A DNA stretch of 41,263 bases from assembly GCA_016926265.1 (NCBI GenBank), contig JAFGOW010000101.1, forward strand, positions 1 to 41,263. The letters run 5' to 3'. This stretch comes from Deltaproteobacteria bacterium. GTDB taxonomy: Bacteria; Desulfobacterota; Desulfuromonadia; Desulfuromonadales; JAAYDE01. The notes under the pieces were generated by a model. The model was not told where the DNA came from and ran no database searches. It worked only from the letters and a program-made list of their open reading frames with translations. Below, piece by piece: positions 18,434 to 27,819 of the stretch (position 1 is the stretch's first letter; every line of letters starts with the position of its first letter). The position numbers and the translations under genes are program-made.

Positions 18434-19549
18434 ATGCAAGGTATCCACGAGATGCTGAAAATCACCGTCGACCAGGGGGCCTCGGACCTCCACATCACCA
18501 CCGGCACCCCTCCGCAGATCCGGATCGACGGCGAACTTCGCCCCCTGGAACATCCCCCGTTGCAGTCCGCTGACACCAAACAGCTCTGCTACAGCCTTCT
18601 GACCGAGGCCCAGAAGCACAAGTTCGAGGAGTTGCATGAACTCGATTTCTCTTTCGGCGTCAAGGGGCTGGCCCGCTTTAGGGGCAATATCTTCATGCAG
18701 CGCGGCGCCATGGCGGGGGTATTCCGCCGCATCCCCTACAAGTTTCTCTCCTTCGAGGAATTGGGGTTGCCGCCGGTGGCCCGGGATCTGGCCCGTAAAC
18801 CCCGCGGCCTGGTGCTGGTGACCGGCCCGACGGGCAGCGGCAAATCGACGACCCTGGCTTCCATCATCGACCTCATCAACACCGAACGCTCGGAGCACAT
18901 CGTCACCGTCGAGGATCCCATCGAATACATCCACCACCACAAGAAATGCCTGGTCAACCAGCGGGAGGTCGGCTCCGACACCTATTCCTTCCAGAACGCC
19001 CTGAAATACATCCTGCGCCAGGACCCTGACGTGGTCCTGCTCGGCGAGCTGCGGGACCTGGAAACCATCGAAGCGGCTCTGACCATCGCCGAGACCGGCC
19101 ATCTCTGCTTCGCCACCCTCCACACCAACAGCTGCGCCCAGACCATCAACCGCGTCGTCGATGTCTTCCCCACCAACCAGCAGACCCAGGTGCGGACCCA
19201 GCTCTCCTTCGTCCTGGAGGGGGTGCTCTCCCAGACCCTGATCCCCAAAATGAGCGGGCGGGGACGGGTGCTGGCCCTGGAGATCATGATCCCCAACACG
19301 GCGATCCGGGCCCTGATCCGGGACGACAAGGTACACCAGATCTATTCGCAGATGCAGATGGGACAGGAAAAATTCGGCATGCAGACCATGAACCAGTCCC
19401 TGTTCATGCACTATCACAGGAAAAATATCAGCCGGGATATCGCCATGGCCCGTTCCAGCGACCCCGAGGAACTGGCGCAGATGATCGCCAATCCGAGTGC
19501 GGTGCTGCGGCGCATGCAGCCGGAGGCGTCCCACGGCGCCCGGTCGTAG
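18434..19549 (+). CDS. pilT: Type IV pilus retraction ATPase
   Basis: ASDLHI, GPTGSGKSTTLA, EDPIEY, LRQDPD, AETGH..TLHTN, AIRALIR, GMQTM; start ATG 18434 after GGAG. Confidence 0.95.
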   Translation: MQGIHEMLKITVDQGASDLHITTGTPPQIRIDGELRPLEHPPLQSADTKQLCYSLLTEAQKHKFEELHELDFSFGVKGLARFRGNIFMQRGAMAGVFRRIPYKFLSFEELGLPPVARDLARKPRGLVLVTGPTGSGKSTTLASIIDLINTERSEHIVTVEDPIEYIHHHKKCLVNQREVGSDTYSFQNALKYILRQDPDVVLLGELRDLETIEAALTIAETGHLCFATLHTNSCAQTINRVVDVFPTNQQTQVRTQLSFVLEGVLSQTLIPKMSGRGRVLALEIMIPNTAIRALIRDDKVHQIYSQMQMGQEKFGMQTMNQSLFMHYHRKNISRDIAMARSSDPEELAQMIANPSAVLRRMQPEASHGARS

Positions 19550-19574
19550 TCCACGGAGCAAGGGAGGATAAACA

Positions 19575-20792
19575 ATGCCCAAATTTTCATGGGTGGGAAA
19601 AAATCGCAGCGGACAGATCCAGAAGGGCGAGATGGAGGCCCCGAGCCAGGGGATGGTGCTGGCCCAGCTTCGCAAGGTGGGGGTGACTCCGACCGAGGTG
19701 GTCGAGCGGGGCAAAGGGCTCGACATGCAGCTCAAGATCCCAGGGTTCAAGCCCAAGATCACCACCAGGGACCTGGTGATCTTCACCCGGCAGTTTTCCA
19801 CCATGATCGATGCCGGCCTGCCGCTGGTCCAGTGCCTCGACATCCTGGGGCGCCAGCAGGACAACCGGACCTTCAAGGAGGTGCTCAAGGGGGTTAAGGA
19901 AAGCGTCGAATCGGGGGCCACCTTCGCCGACTCCCTCAAAAAGCATCCCAGGGTCTTCGACGAGCTCTATGTCAACCTGGTGGCGGCCGGCGAGGTCGGC
20001 GGCATCCTCGACACCATCCTCAACCGTCTCGCCGCCTACATCGAGAAGGCCCTCAAGCTGAAGAAAAAGGTCAAAAGCGCCATGACCTATCCGGGGACCA
20101 TCGTCGGCGTCGCCGTTCTGGTCATCGCCGTGATCCTGGTTTTCGTCATCCCCGCTTTCGAGAAGATGTTCGCCGATTTCGGCAGCGCCCTGCCGATGCC
20201 GACCCAGATCGTCATCAACTTGAGCCGTTTCGTCACGGACTATATCTTTGTCATCATCGGCGCGGTGGTGGGTTTGTATTTTCTGATCAAATACCTCTAC
20301 CGAACCAAGAAGGGGCGGGAAAAGTTCGACGCCTGGGCGCTGCGGCTGCCGATTTTCGGCGTCCTGATCCGCAAAGTGGCGGTGGCCAAGTTCAGCCGCA
20401 CCCTCGGCACCATGATCTCCAGCGGCGTGCCGATCCTCGACGGGCTGGAGATCGTCGCCAAGACCGCCGGCAACAAAGTGGTGGAGAAGGCCATCTACAA
20501 CGTGCGGGAGAGCATCAGCCAGGGCAAGACCATCGCCGAGCCGCTGGAGAAATCGGGGGTCTTCCCCCCCATGGTGTGCCAGATGGTGGCGGTCGGGGAA
20601 CAGTCCGGCTCCATCGATGTCATGCTCAACAAGATCGCCGATTTCTACGACGACGAGGTGGACGACGCGGTGGGCAACCTGACCGCCATGATGGAGCCGC
20701 TGCTGATGCTGTTCCTCGGCGTCACCGTCGGCGGCCTCGTCATCGCCATGTACCTGCCGATCTTCAAGATCGCCGGCGCCGTCGCTGGATAA
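19575..20792 (+). CDS. pilC: Type IV pilus inner-membrane platform protein
   Basis: FTRQFSTMIDAGLPL, GEVGG.LD, AMTYP, GEQSG, EP...AMYLPIF (GspF family). Confidence 0.96.
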   Translation: MPKFSWVGKNRSGQIQKGEMEAPSQGMVLAQLRKVGVTPTEVVERGKGLDMQLKIPGFKPKITTRDLVIFTRQFSTMIDAGLPLVQCLDILGRQQDNRTFKEVLKGVKESVESGATFADSLKKHPRVFDELYVNLVAAGEVGGILDTILNRLAAYIEKALKLKKKVKSAMTYPGTIVGVAVLVIAVILVFVIPAFEKMFADFGSALPMPTQIVINLSRFVTDYIFVIIGAVVGLYFLIKYLYRTKKGREKFDAWALRLPIFGVLIRKVAVAKFSRTLGTMISSGVPILDGLEIVAKTAGNKVVEKAIYNVRESISQGKTIAEPLEKSGVFPPMVCQMVAVGEQSGSIDVMLNKIADFYDDEVDDAVGNLTAMMEPLLMLFLGVTVGGLVIAMYLPIFKIAGAVAG

Positions 20793-20834
20793 CGGGGGAT
20801 CGGGGGCGCCCCGCGTCCTTGACATCGATTAGCC

Positions 20835-22538
20835 ATGTCTTTTCAAAGGCAGGAATATTCCTCCAGGCTGCTGGTCTGGTACCTGATTTTCCGGGTGCTG
20901 GCCATCGCGCTCTTTCTGGGGGGGGCGCTCCTCTACCAGTTGCGCGGCGATCCGGAGGCCAACCAGCCGACGGTATTCCGCCTCTACCTGCTGGCCGGTT
21001 GCTGTCTGGTGCAGGCGCTGATATCGTCTTTTTACCTGCCGCGGGTCCGGCTGGTCCGGAAGTTCATCCAGGGGCAGATCGCCTGGGATCTGCTGACCGT
21101 CATCGCCCTGGTTTTTGTGACCGGCGGGGTGCAGAGCCAGTTTTCCTTTCTGTTCATCCTCGTCATCGTCAGTTCCGGGATCTTTCTCAACCGCCGCGAC
21201 ATCCTGATCGTCGCCAGCGCCGCCGCCATTCTCTACTGCAGCATGGTGGATCTCCAGTACTACGGCTACCTGCCGGTCCTGAAAGGCGCCGCAAAGGTAT
21301 GGGGGATCCCCGGTATCGAGGCCTTTCACAAGGTCTTCGTCCATTTCCTGGTCTTTCTCCTGACCGGGTTGCTGACGGCGCTGCTGGTCCAGAGGCTGCG
21401 CAGCAGCGAACAGGCGCTGCAAAAGCGGCTGCTGGATTACCAGGAGCTGGAAAACCTCAACCGCACCATCCTGGCCCACATCACTAGCGGCCTGATGACG
21501 GTCGACAGAAACGGCGCCATCCAGTCCTTCAACCAGAGCGCGGAGCGGATCGCCGATTGCCGGCGGGAAGAGATCCTTCAAAACGATGTCCGCGGCCTGT
21601 TCCCGGCCCTGAAGCTTTTCGAGGGGGAAGCCTTCCGCATCACGGAGCGGGACGACTGCCAGATCCGGACCCGCACCGGCGAGGAAAAAACCGTCGGCTA
21701 TACCACCACGCTGCTCAAGGATGGCGAGGAAACGGTGCTGGGGCTGCTGGTCATCTTCCAGGACGTCACCCACGTCAAGGAGATGGAAAACCGCCTCAAG
21801 CGCTCCGACAAGCTGGCCGCCGTGGGCCGCATGGCCTCGGGCCTGGCCCATGAGATCCGCAACCCGCTGGCTTCCATCAGCGGTTCGGTGCAGCTGCTGA
21901 TGGAGGACGGCAAGTTTTCCACGGAGGAGAAGAATCTGATGCGGATCGTGATCCGCGAGGCCGACCGCCTCAGCCGGCTGCTCACCGATTTCCTCCATTA
22001 CGCCCGCCCGGCCCCGGTCCGGCTAGAGGAGGTCAATGTCTCCCGGATGCTCGACGAACTGGCCGATATGATGAAAACCGACAGCCGCTTCAACCATGTC
22101 ACCCTCCGCAAGGACTACGGTCCGGGGTGCCGGATGCGGCTCGATCGGGGGCAGATCAGCCAGTCTTTGTGGAATCTGATCCTCAACGCCGCCGAGGCGA
22201 TGGCCGAACAAGGGGTGCTGACCCTCGGCGCCCATGGCGAGACGGGGGTTTTGTATGTGGAGGACAACGGCCACGGCATTCCCCCGGACATCCGGCCCCG
22301 CATCTTCGACCCTTTTTTCACCACCAAGGACAAAGGGACCGGGCTCGGACTCGCCACCGTTCACACCATCGTCGAGCAGCACGGCGGCTCCATCGACGTC
22401 TCCGACGGCGACGGCGGCGGCACCCGTTTCGTCATCACCCTCCCCGGCGCGGTCCGCAGGACCGCCGAGGCCCAACAGGGCGAATCCCGCCAGGCGGAGC
22501 GGGGGAGCGGGACGTTGAGGATAGCCCATAACGGATGA
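20835..22538 (+). CDS. pilS: Sensor histidine kinase PilS (multi-TM, PAS, HisKA, HATPase)
   Basis: Multi-TM N-terminus with TGG..S.F.FL; PAS; AHEIRNPL; FDPFFTTK; lies between pilC and pilR. Confidence 0.9.
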   Translation: MSFQRQEYSSRLLVWYLIFRVLAIALFLGGALLYQLRGDPEANQPTVFRLYLLAGCCLVQALISSFYLPRVRLVRKFIQGQIAWDLLTVIALVFVTGGVQSQFSFLFILVIVSSGIFLNRRDILIVASAAAILYCSMVDLQYYGYLPVLKGAAKVWGIPGIEAFHKVFVHFLVFLLTGLLTALLVQRLRSSEQALQKRLLDYQELENLNRTILAHITSGLMTVDRNGAIQSFNQSAERIADCRREEILQNDVRGLFPALKLFEGEAFRITERDDCQIRTRTGEEKTVGYTTTLLKDGEETVLGLLVIFQDVTHVKEMENRLKRSDKLAAVGRMASGLAHEIRNPLASISGSVQLLMEDGKFSTEEKNLMRIVIREADRLSRLLTDFLHYARPAPVRLEEVNVSRMLDELADMMKTDSRFNHVTLRKDYGPGCRMRLDRGQISQSLWNLILNAAEAMAEQGVLTLGAHGETGVLYVEDNGHGIPPDIRPRIFDPFFTTKDKGTGLGLATVHTIVEQHGGSIDVSDGDGGGTRFVITLPGAVRRTAEAQQGESRQAERGSGTLRIAHNG

Positions 22539-22618
22539 GCTGGTCGCCTCAATGCCGTGCCGGCGGAGGAGTGACGGTTCGGTTTCACCAAAAGAAACTT
22601 ATTGACAAACGGCAAGAT

Positions 22619-22998
22619 CTTTTACCGCAAAGATCGCAAAGGACGCAAAGAGGGGAGAAAAAGGGGATGGTTTCCTTTGCGGCCTTGGCGTCCTTGAGCG
22701 AGTGGCACGAGCGGGCGGTAAAACCGGGTCTTGTCTCACGCGGAGGCACAGAGAACGCGGAGAAAAGCGGAAACCATCAAAAAAGGGTGGTTCCCTTTGC
22801 GGCCTTGGCGGCTTGAGCGAGAGAAACGAGCGGGCGTGAAACCAAAGATCTTGCCTCACGCAAAGACGCCAAGAACGCAAAGAGTGGCCACCATAAACCG
22901 GTTCGATACGATAAACGCGGACGCCCGTAAAAATTGTGAAACGTTACTTTTGTTTTGGGTTTAGCGGTTATCCTTTTCATCCCCTTCATCCCTGTAAA
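22619..22998. repeat. BIME-like array of alternating inverted repeats between pilS and pilR
   Basis: A units at 22620-22650, 22734-22764 and 22855-22882 alternate with inverted B units at 22675-22723 and 22795-22841 (period about 120 bp). A different short-period repeat atccttttcatccccttcatccctgtaaa follows at 22970-22998. Confidence 0.8.
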
Positions 22999-23114
22999 TC
23001 AGATTTCAGGGTTGACCGATTTCGGGGGTTGAATTGTTGCTCAGAGGAAAGCGAAGCAGGCCGGTGGCCCCGCAAGGCGGCCGGCGGCACCCATCATTCC
23101 AGGCGAGGTAGAAA

Positions 23115-24533
<1,419 letters not shown>

Positions 24534-24564
24534 CAGGATAGGGAAAAAGAGCTGACAATAAATG

Positions 24565-24599
24565 ATCGGGGCGGCCCAAAAAGCCGCCCCGATTTTTTT
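24565..24599 (+). terminator. Intrinsic terminator after pilR
   Basis: atcggggcggc-ccaaaaa-gccgccccgat followed by tttttt. Confidence 0.8.
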
Positions 24600-24676
24600 G
24601 GGGGCGGTTCCGGAACCCATTTTTTTGCCATGAATTCCAAGCAATTATGAGATGGTCCGGTAGAGTTAAAAGAAGC

Positions 24677-24692
24677 TGGCACATGGCTTGCT
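24677..24692 (+). promoter_or_regulatory. Sigma54 promoter of pilA
   Basis: TGGCACATGGCTTGCT, near-consensus GG-N10-GC, about 140 bp before the pilA ATG and downstream of pilR. Confidence 0.88.
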
Positions 24693-24832
24693 TGGATTTA
24701 GATAGCAAAGAGAAACCGGAAAGGAGGGATGAGAACGAACGATTCCGGTTCATCACTTCAAACGTCCACTTCCGATTTACGGAAAACGAGCATTGGGCTC
24801 AAAATGTCAACCAATAAAAAAGGAGAACCACC

Positions 24833-25048
24833 ATGTTGAAGAAGTTCAGAAAAGACGAAAAAGGTTTCACCCTGATCGAGCTGCTGATCGTCGTCGCGAT
24901 CATCGGCATCCTGGCCGCCATCGCCATTCCCCAGTTTGCCAAGTATCGGCAGAGGGCTTTCGACGCAGCCTCCCAAAGTGACATGAAAACGGTCAGAACC
25001 GAAATGGAAGGTTATTTCACCGATTGGTTCCATTATCCAAACGGGTAA
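24833..25048 (+). CDS. pilA: Short major type IVa pilin PilA-N (Geobacter-type, 60 aa mature)
   Basis: AAGGAG RBS; leader [11 protein letters not shown]|[24 protein letters not shown]; ends YP-NG with no globular head. Confidence 0.95.
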   Translation: MLKKFRKDEKGFTLIELLIVVAIIGILAAIAIPQFAKYRQRAFDAASQSDMKTVRTEMEGYFTDWFHYPNG

Positions 25049-25096
25049 CATCCTAACTTTACTGATGGCATCCTAAACATTTATATGGAGAAAGAT

Positions 25097-25555
25097 ATGA
25101 AAAGACTGATCGAAGTTCTCACCGTAGTGATGGTAGTCGCTTTGAGTTCTAACGCTTTTGCGGTCCTTGATGCCAACACCAATGAAGGCGCCGGCACCGC
25201 TGGCGAATCCATCCGCCTGACCGATGGCAACCGTGAGATGGTTCTCAACTTTTCGCCGAACGTCAACTTCATCTATCACAGCGACACCGCGGATGACGAC
25301 GGAAACAAGCAGTGGTATTCCGCCTCGACCTACCATGCCGGGGGGACCAACTTTTATGCCTCCTCTTCCGATTCCACGGCCATCTATAAGCAATCCCGTG
25401 AAGCAAACAATGTATTCGCGGATGTAACCCTCCCTACCTCCAGGACCATGACTCATGAAGAAGCCGTGGAAAATCCTGGGGAGGGGGAGCCCGCCACCGT
25501 CACGGTCACCCAAACCGCGGAACAGTACTGGCTGGCAAACGACTGGTCCAAATAG
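25097..25555 (+). CDS. PilA-C, secreted partner (head domain) of the short pilin
   Basis: GGAG RBS; Sec signal ending NAFA|; motifs FSPNV..Y, WYSASTYHAGGTNFYASSS..TAIY resemble G. sulfurreducens PilA-C (GSU1497) as recalled; directly after pilA-N. Confidence 0.8.
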   Translation: MKRLIEVLTVVMVVALSSNAFAVLDANTNEGAGTAGESIRLTDGNREMVLNFSPNVNFIYHSDTADDDGNKQWYSASTYHAGGTNFYASSSDSTAIYKQSREANNVFADVTLPTSRTMTHEEAVENPGEGEPATVTVTQTAEQYWLANDWSK

Positions 25556-25577
25556 CATCTGTCCACTTCCGACTGAT

Positions 25578-25611
25578 AAAAAAAACCTCCCGACCAGGGA
25601 GGTTTTTTTTT
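25578..25611 (+). terminator. Intrinsic terminator after pilA-C
   Basis: aaaaaaaacctccc-gacca-gggaggttttttttt. Confidence 0.88.
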
Positions 25612-26083
25612 GCCAACAACCGAAAAGAGGCCATGATCTTGTTGAAATCTTTGCTATCGTTCTCCTTGCCGGTCGCCTGGTGACCGCCACAGGGCGGCGC
25701 CCCGGTACCGGGGAAATTTTGCCGGGTTTCCAAACGCCCATGCTAAAATATCTCCGTCTCCGAAGGGTAAGGATTCAGGTCCGGAAATTACAGACAAGGG
25801 CCGGCATTTCCGGTAATCTGCGGGCTGCTGCCTTTTGTTTTTTTGACCCGGTTTTTGTACTGTGAGGGCAAAGCGGCCATGCCCCGTTAGGGCGATGCCA
25901 TTTAAAGGATTCCCTCTCACCCCAACTCTTTTTTCCTCTATGGGAGGGGTTGGAGGGCTTAAAATTTCCCTTCCTTGAAATAACCGGCCGGGGGAGGATG
26001 GAACAAGGGCCAACCACGAACTGCGTGCCATCGATCACGAACTGCCCGGCCACGACCTATGAGCTGTTCTTCACGGAGGTTCC

Positions 26084-27013
26084 ATGTCTGTCGCGGAAAT
26101 TTCCTTGAAAAATGTGTCCAAAACCTTCAGCCCCGGTCTCTTCAAAAAGAAGGTCGAGGCGGTAAGGGATTTAACCCTGGAGGTCGGGAAGGGAGAGGTC
26201 TATGGCCTGATCGGTCCCAACGGGGCGGGGAAAAGCACCACCATCCGCGTGCTGTTGGGCCTGATCCGTCCGACGGGAGGAGAGATCCTGTTCCGCGGCG
26301 AGCCCCCGCGCCACGGGGAGTTTCAGAAGGAGATCGGCTACCTGCCGGAAAACCCCTACCTCTACGATTATCTGACGCTGGAGGAACTGCTCCAGTTCTG
26401 CGGCCGGGTGTCGGGGGTTGGCGGCGAAGAGCGCCGGAAGCGCATCGACGAATTGTCTGGCAAGCTCCAACTCACCGAGGCGCTGCGGCGCCCCTTGCGC
26501 ACCTACTCCAAGGGGATGCTGCAGCGGGCCGGCATCTGTTTCGCCCTGCTCCACGATCCCGCCATCGTGATCCTGGATGAGCCGATGTCAGGCCTGGACC
26601 CCATGGGGCGCAAACTGGTTTTCGATCTTGTTCTGGAATTAAAAGAGCAAGGCAAGACGATCTTTTTTTGCTCCCACATTTTGAGCGATGTGGAGCGGCT
26701 CTGCGATCGCATGGGGGTGCTGGTGCGAGGCAGATTGGCGCGGACCTTCGGAAAAAGCGATTTCGCGGCAGGCTGCGAAGCGGCCGTCCATCTTCTGCTG
26801 CCGCCTGTTGAAGAGAGGTTGCGGCCCGCGTTGGAGGGTCTGCAGGGAGAACTCGTTTCCGTTCCCGACGGCCTGCTGCTGTCGTTTCCGGCGGAGCGCC
26901 TGCCGGAGATTGCGGGCGCTCTGACGAGGCTGGGCATCGGGATTCGGGGCACCCGTTCGAGCCGGGTCTCCCTGGAAGAACTGTTCATCGAAACGGTAGG
27001 GGAGTCGTCATGA
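26084..27013 (+). CDS. ABC transporter ATPase (XapD / Myxococcus PilH-like)
   Basis: GPNGAGKST, YLPENPY, YSKGMLQR, LDEP, SH; GGAGG RBS; follows the pilin genes. Confidence 0.88.
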   Translation: MSVAEISLKNVSKTFSPGLFKKKVEAVRDLTLEVGKGEVYGLIGPNGAGKSTTIRVLLGLIRPTGGEILFRGEPPRHGEFQKEIGYLPENPYLYDYLTLEELLQFCGRVSGVGGEERRKRIDELSGKLQLTEALRRPLRTYSKGMLQRAGICFALLHDPAIVILDEPMSGLDPMGRKLVFDLVLELKEQGKTIFFCSHILSDVERLCDRMGVLVRGRLARTFGKSDFAAGCEAAVHLLLPPVEERLRPALEGLQGELVSVPDGLLLSFPAERLPEIAGALTRLGIGIRGTRSSRVSLEELFIETVGESS

Positions 27014-27819
27014 ACCGTGTCTGGGCTTTGTCGGTGATCACCTACAAGGAGGGGATCCGCAACCGCTCCCTGTTCGGAATCCTCGCTTTCGCTCTGTTTG
27101 TTCTGGGGCTCAATATCTCCGTGGCCGGGTTTTTCATGCGCGAGGTCGGCAAGGTCACGGTGGACATGAATCTGAGCGCCCTGACCTTCTCCGGGCTGCT
27201 GCTGGTTTTTTTCGTCGCCCTGCATCTGATGGCCAAGGATATCGACAAAAAGACCATTCAACTGGTTTTTTCCAAACCGCTGTCCCGGGGGGAATACATT
27301 CTGGGGAAATATCTGGGGATTCTCTTTTTCGTGGTGGTTTCCCTGCTGGCGCTGGCGGTTTTCTCCATTGCCACCGTCTCCCTGGTGCGCGGCCTCTATC
27401 CCAACTATTTTGCCGGGTTTTCCTGGCCGATCTTTTTTACTGCCGGTTGCTTTGTCCTGGTGCAACTGGCGGTTCTGTGCGCCATCCTGATTCTGTTCAG
27501 CACGGTGACCACCAGTTCCTTCGCCAGTCTTATTTTCACTGTTTGCGTTTATCTGGTCGGAGTGACCATCGAGGATGTCCTCTTCTACATCCAATCCGGT
27601 TTCCGGACGGAGGCGATTTCTCCGGTGGTGCAGGAGGTGGTGAAGGTCGTCTCCTACATCCTGCCCAATTTCTCCATGTGGGATTTCAAGCTGGAGGCTG
27701 CCCACGGGCTCGCGATTGGAGCGGAAAGGATTGGGCTCGGTCTCGGTTATGCCGCCGTTTACATCGTCGTCCTGCTGGCGCTGGCCACACTTTTCTTTCA
27801 GCGGCGGGAGTTCAACTGA
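27010..27819 (+). CDS. ABC-2 type permease (XapB / PilI-like)
   Basis: About six TM helices; TYKEGIRNR, DIDKKTI...KPLSRGEYILGKYLG, LPNF, ends FQRREF. Confidence 0.85.
   Translation: MNRVWALSVITYKEGIRNRSLFGILAFALFVLGLNISVAGFFMREVGKVTVDMNLSALTFSGLLLVFFVALHLMAKDIDKKTIQLVFSKPLSRGEYILGKYLGILFFVVVSLLALAVFSIATVSLVRGLYPNYFAGFSWPIFFTAGCFVLVQLAVLCAILILFSTVTTSSFASLIFTVCVYLVGVTIEDVLFYIQSGFRTEAISPVVQEVVKVVSYILPNFSMWDFKLEAAHGLAIGAERIGLGLGYAAVYIVVLLALATLFFQRREFN

Noticed and set aside
22619-22998. Possible CRISPR array
   Set aside because: Units alternate in orientation, are degenerate, lack unique equal-length spacers, and no cas genes are present.
25049-25076. catcctaa repeated twice between pilA-N and pilA-C
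   Set aside because: An 8-mer pair is too short to distinguish from chance.
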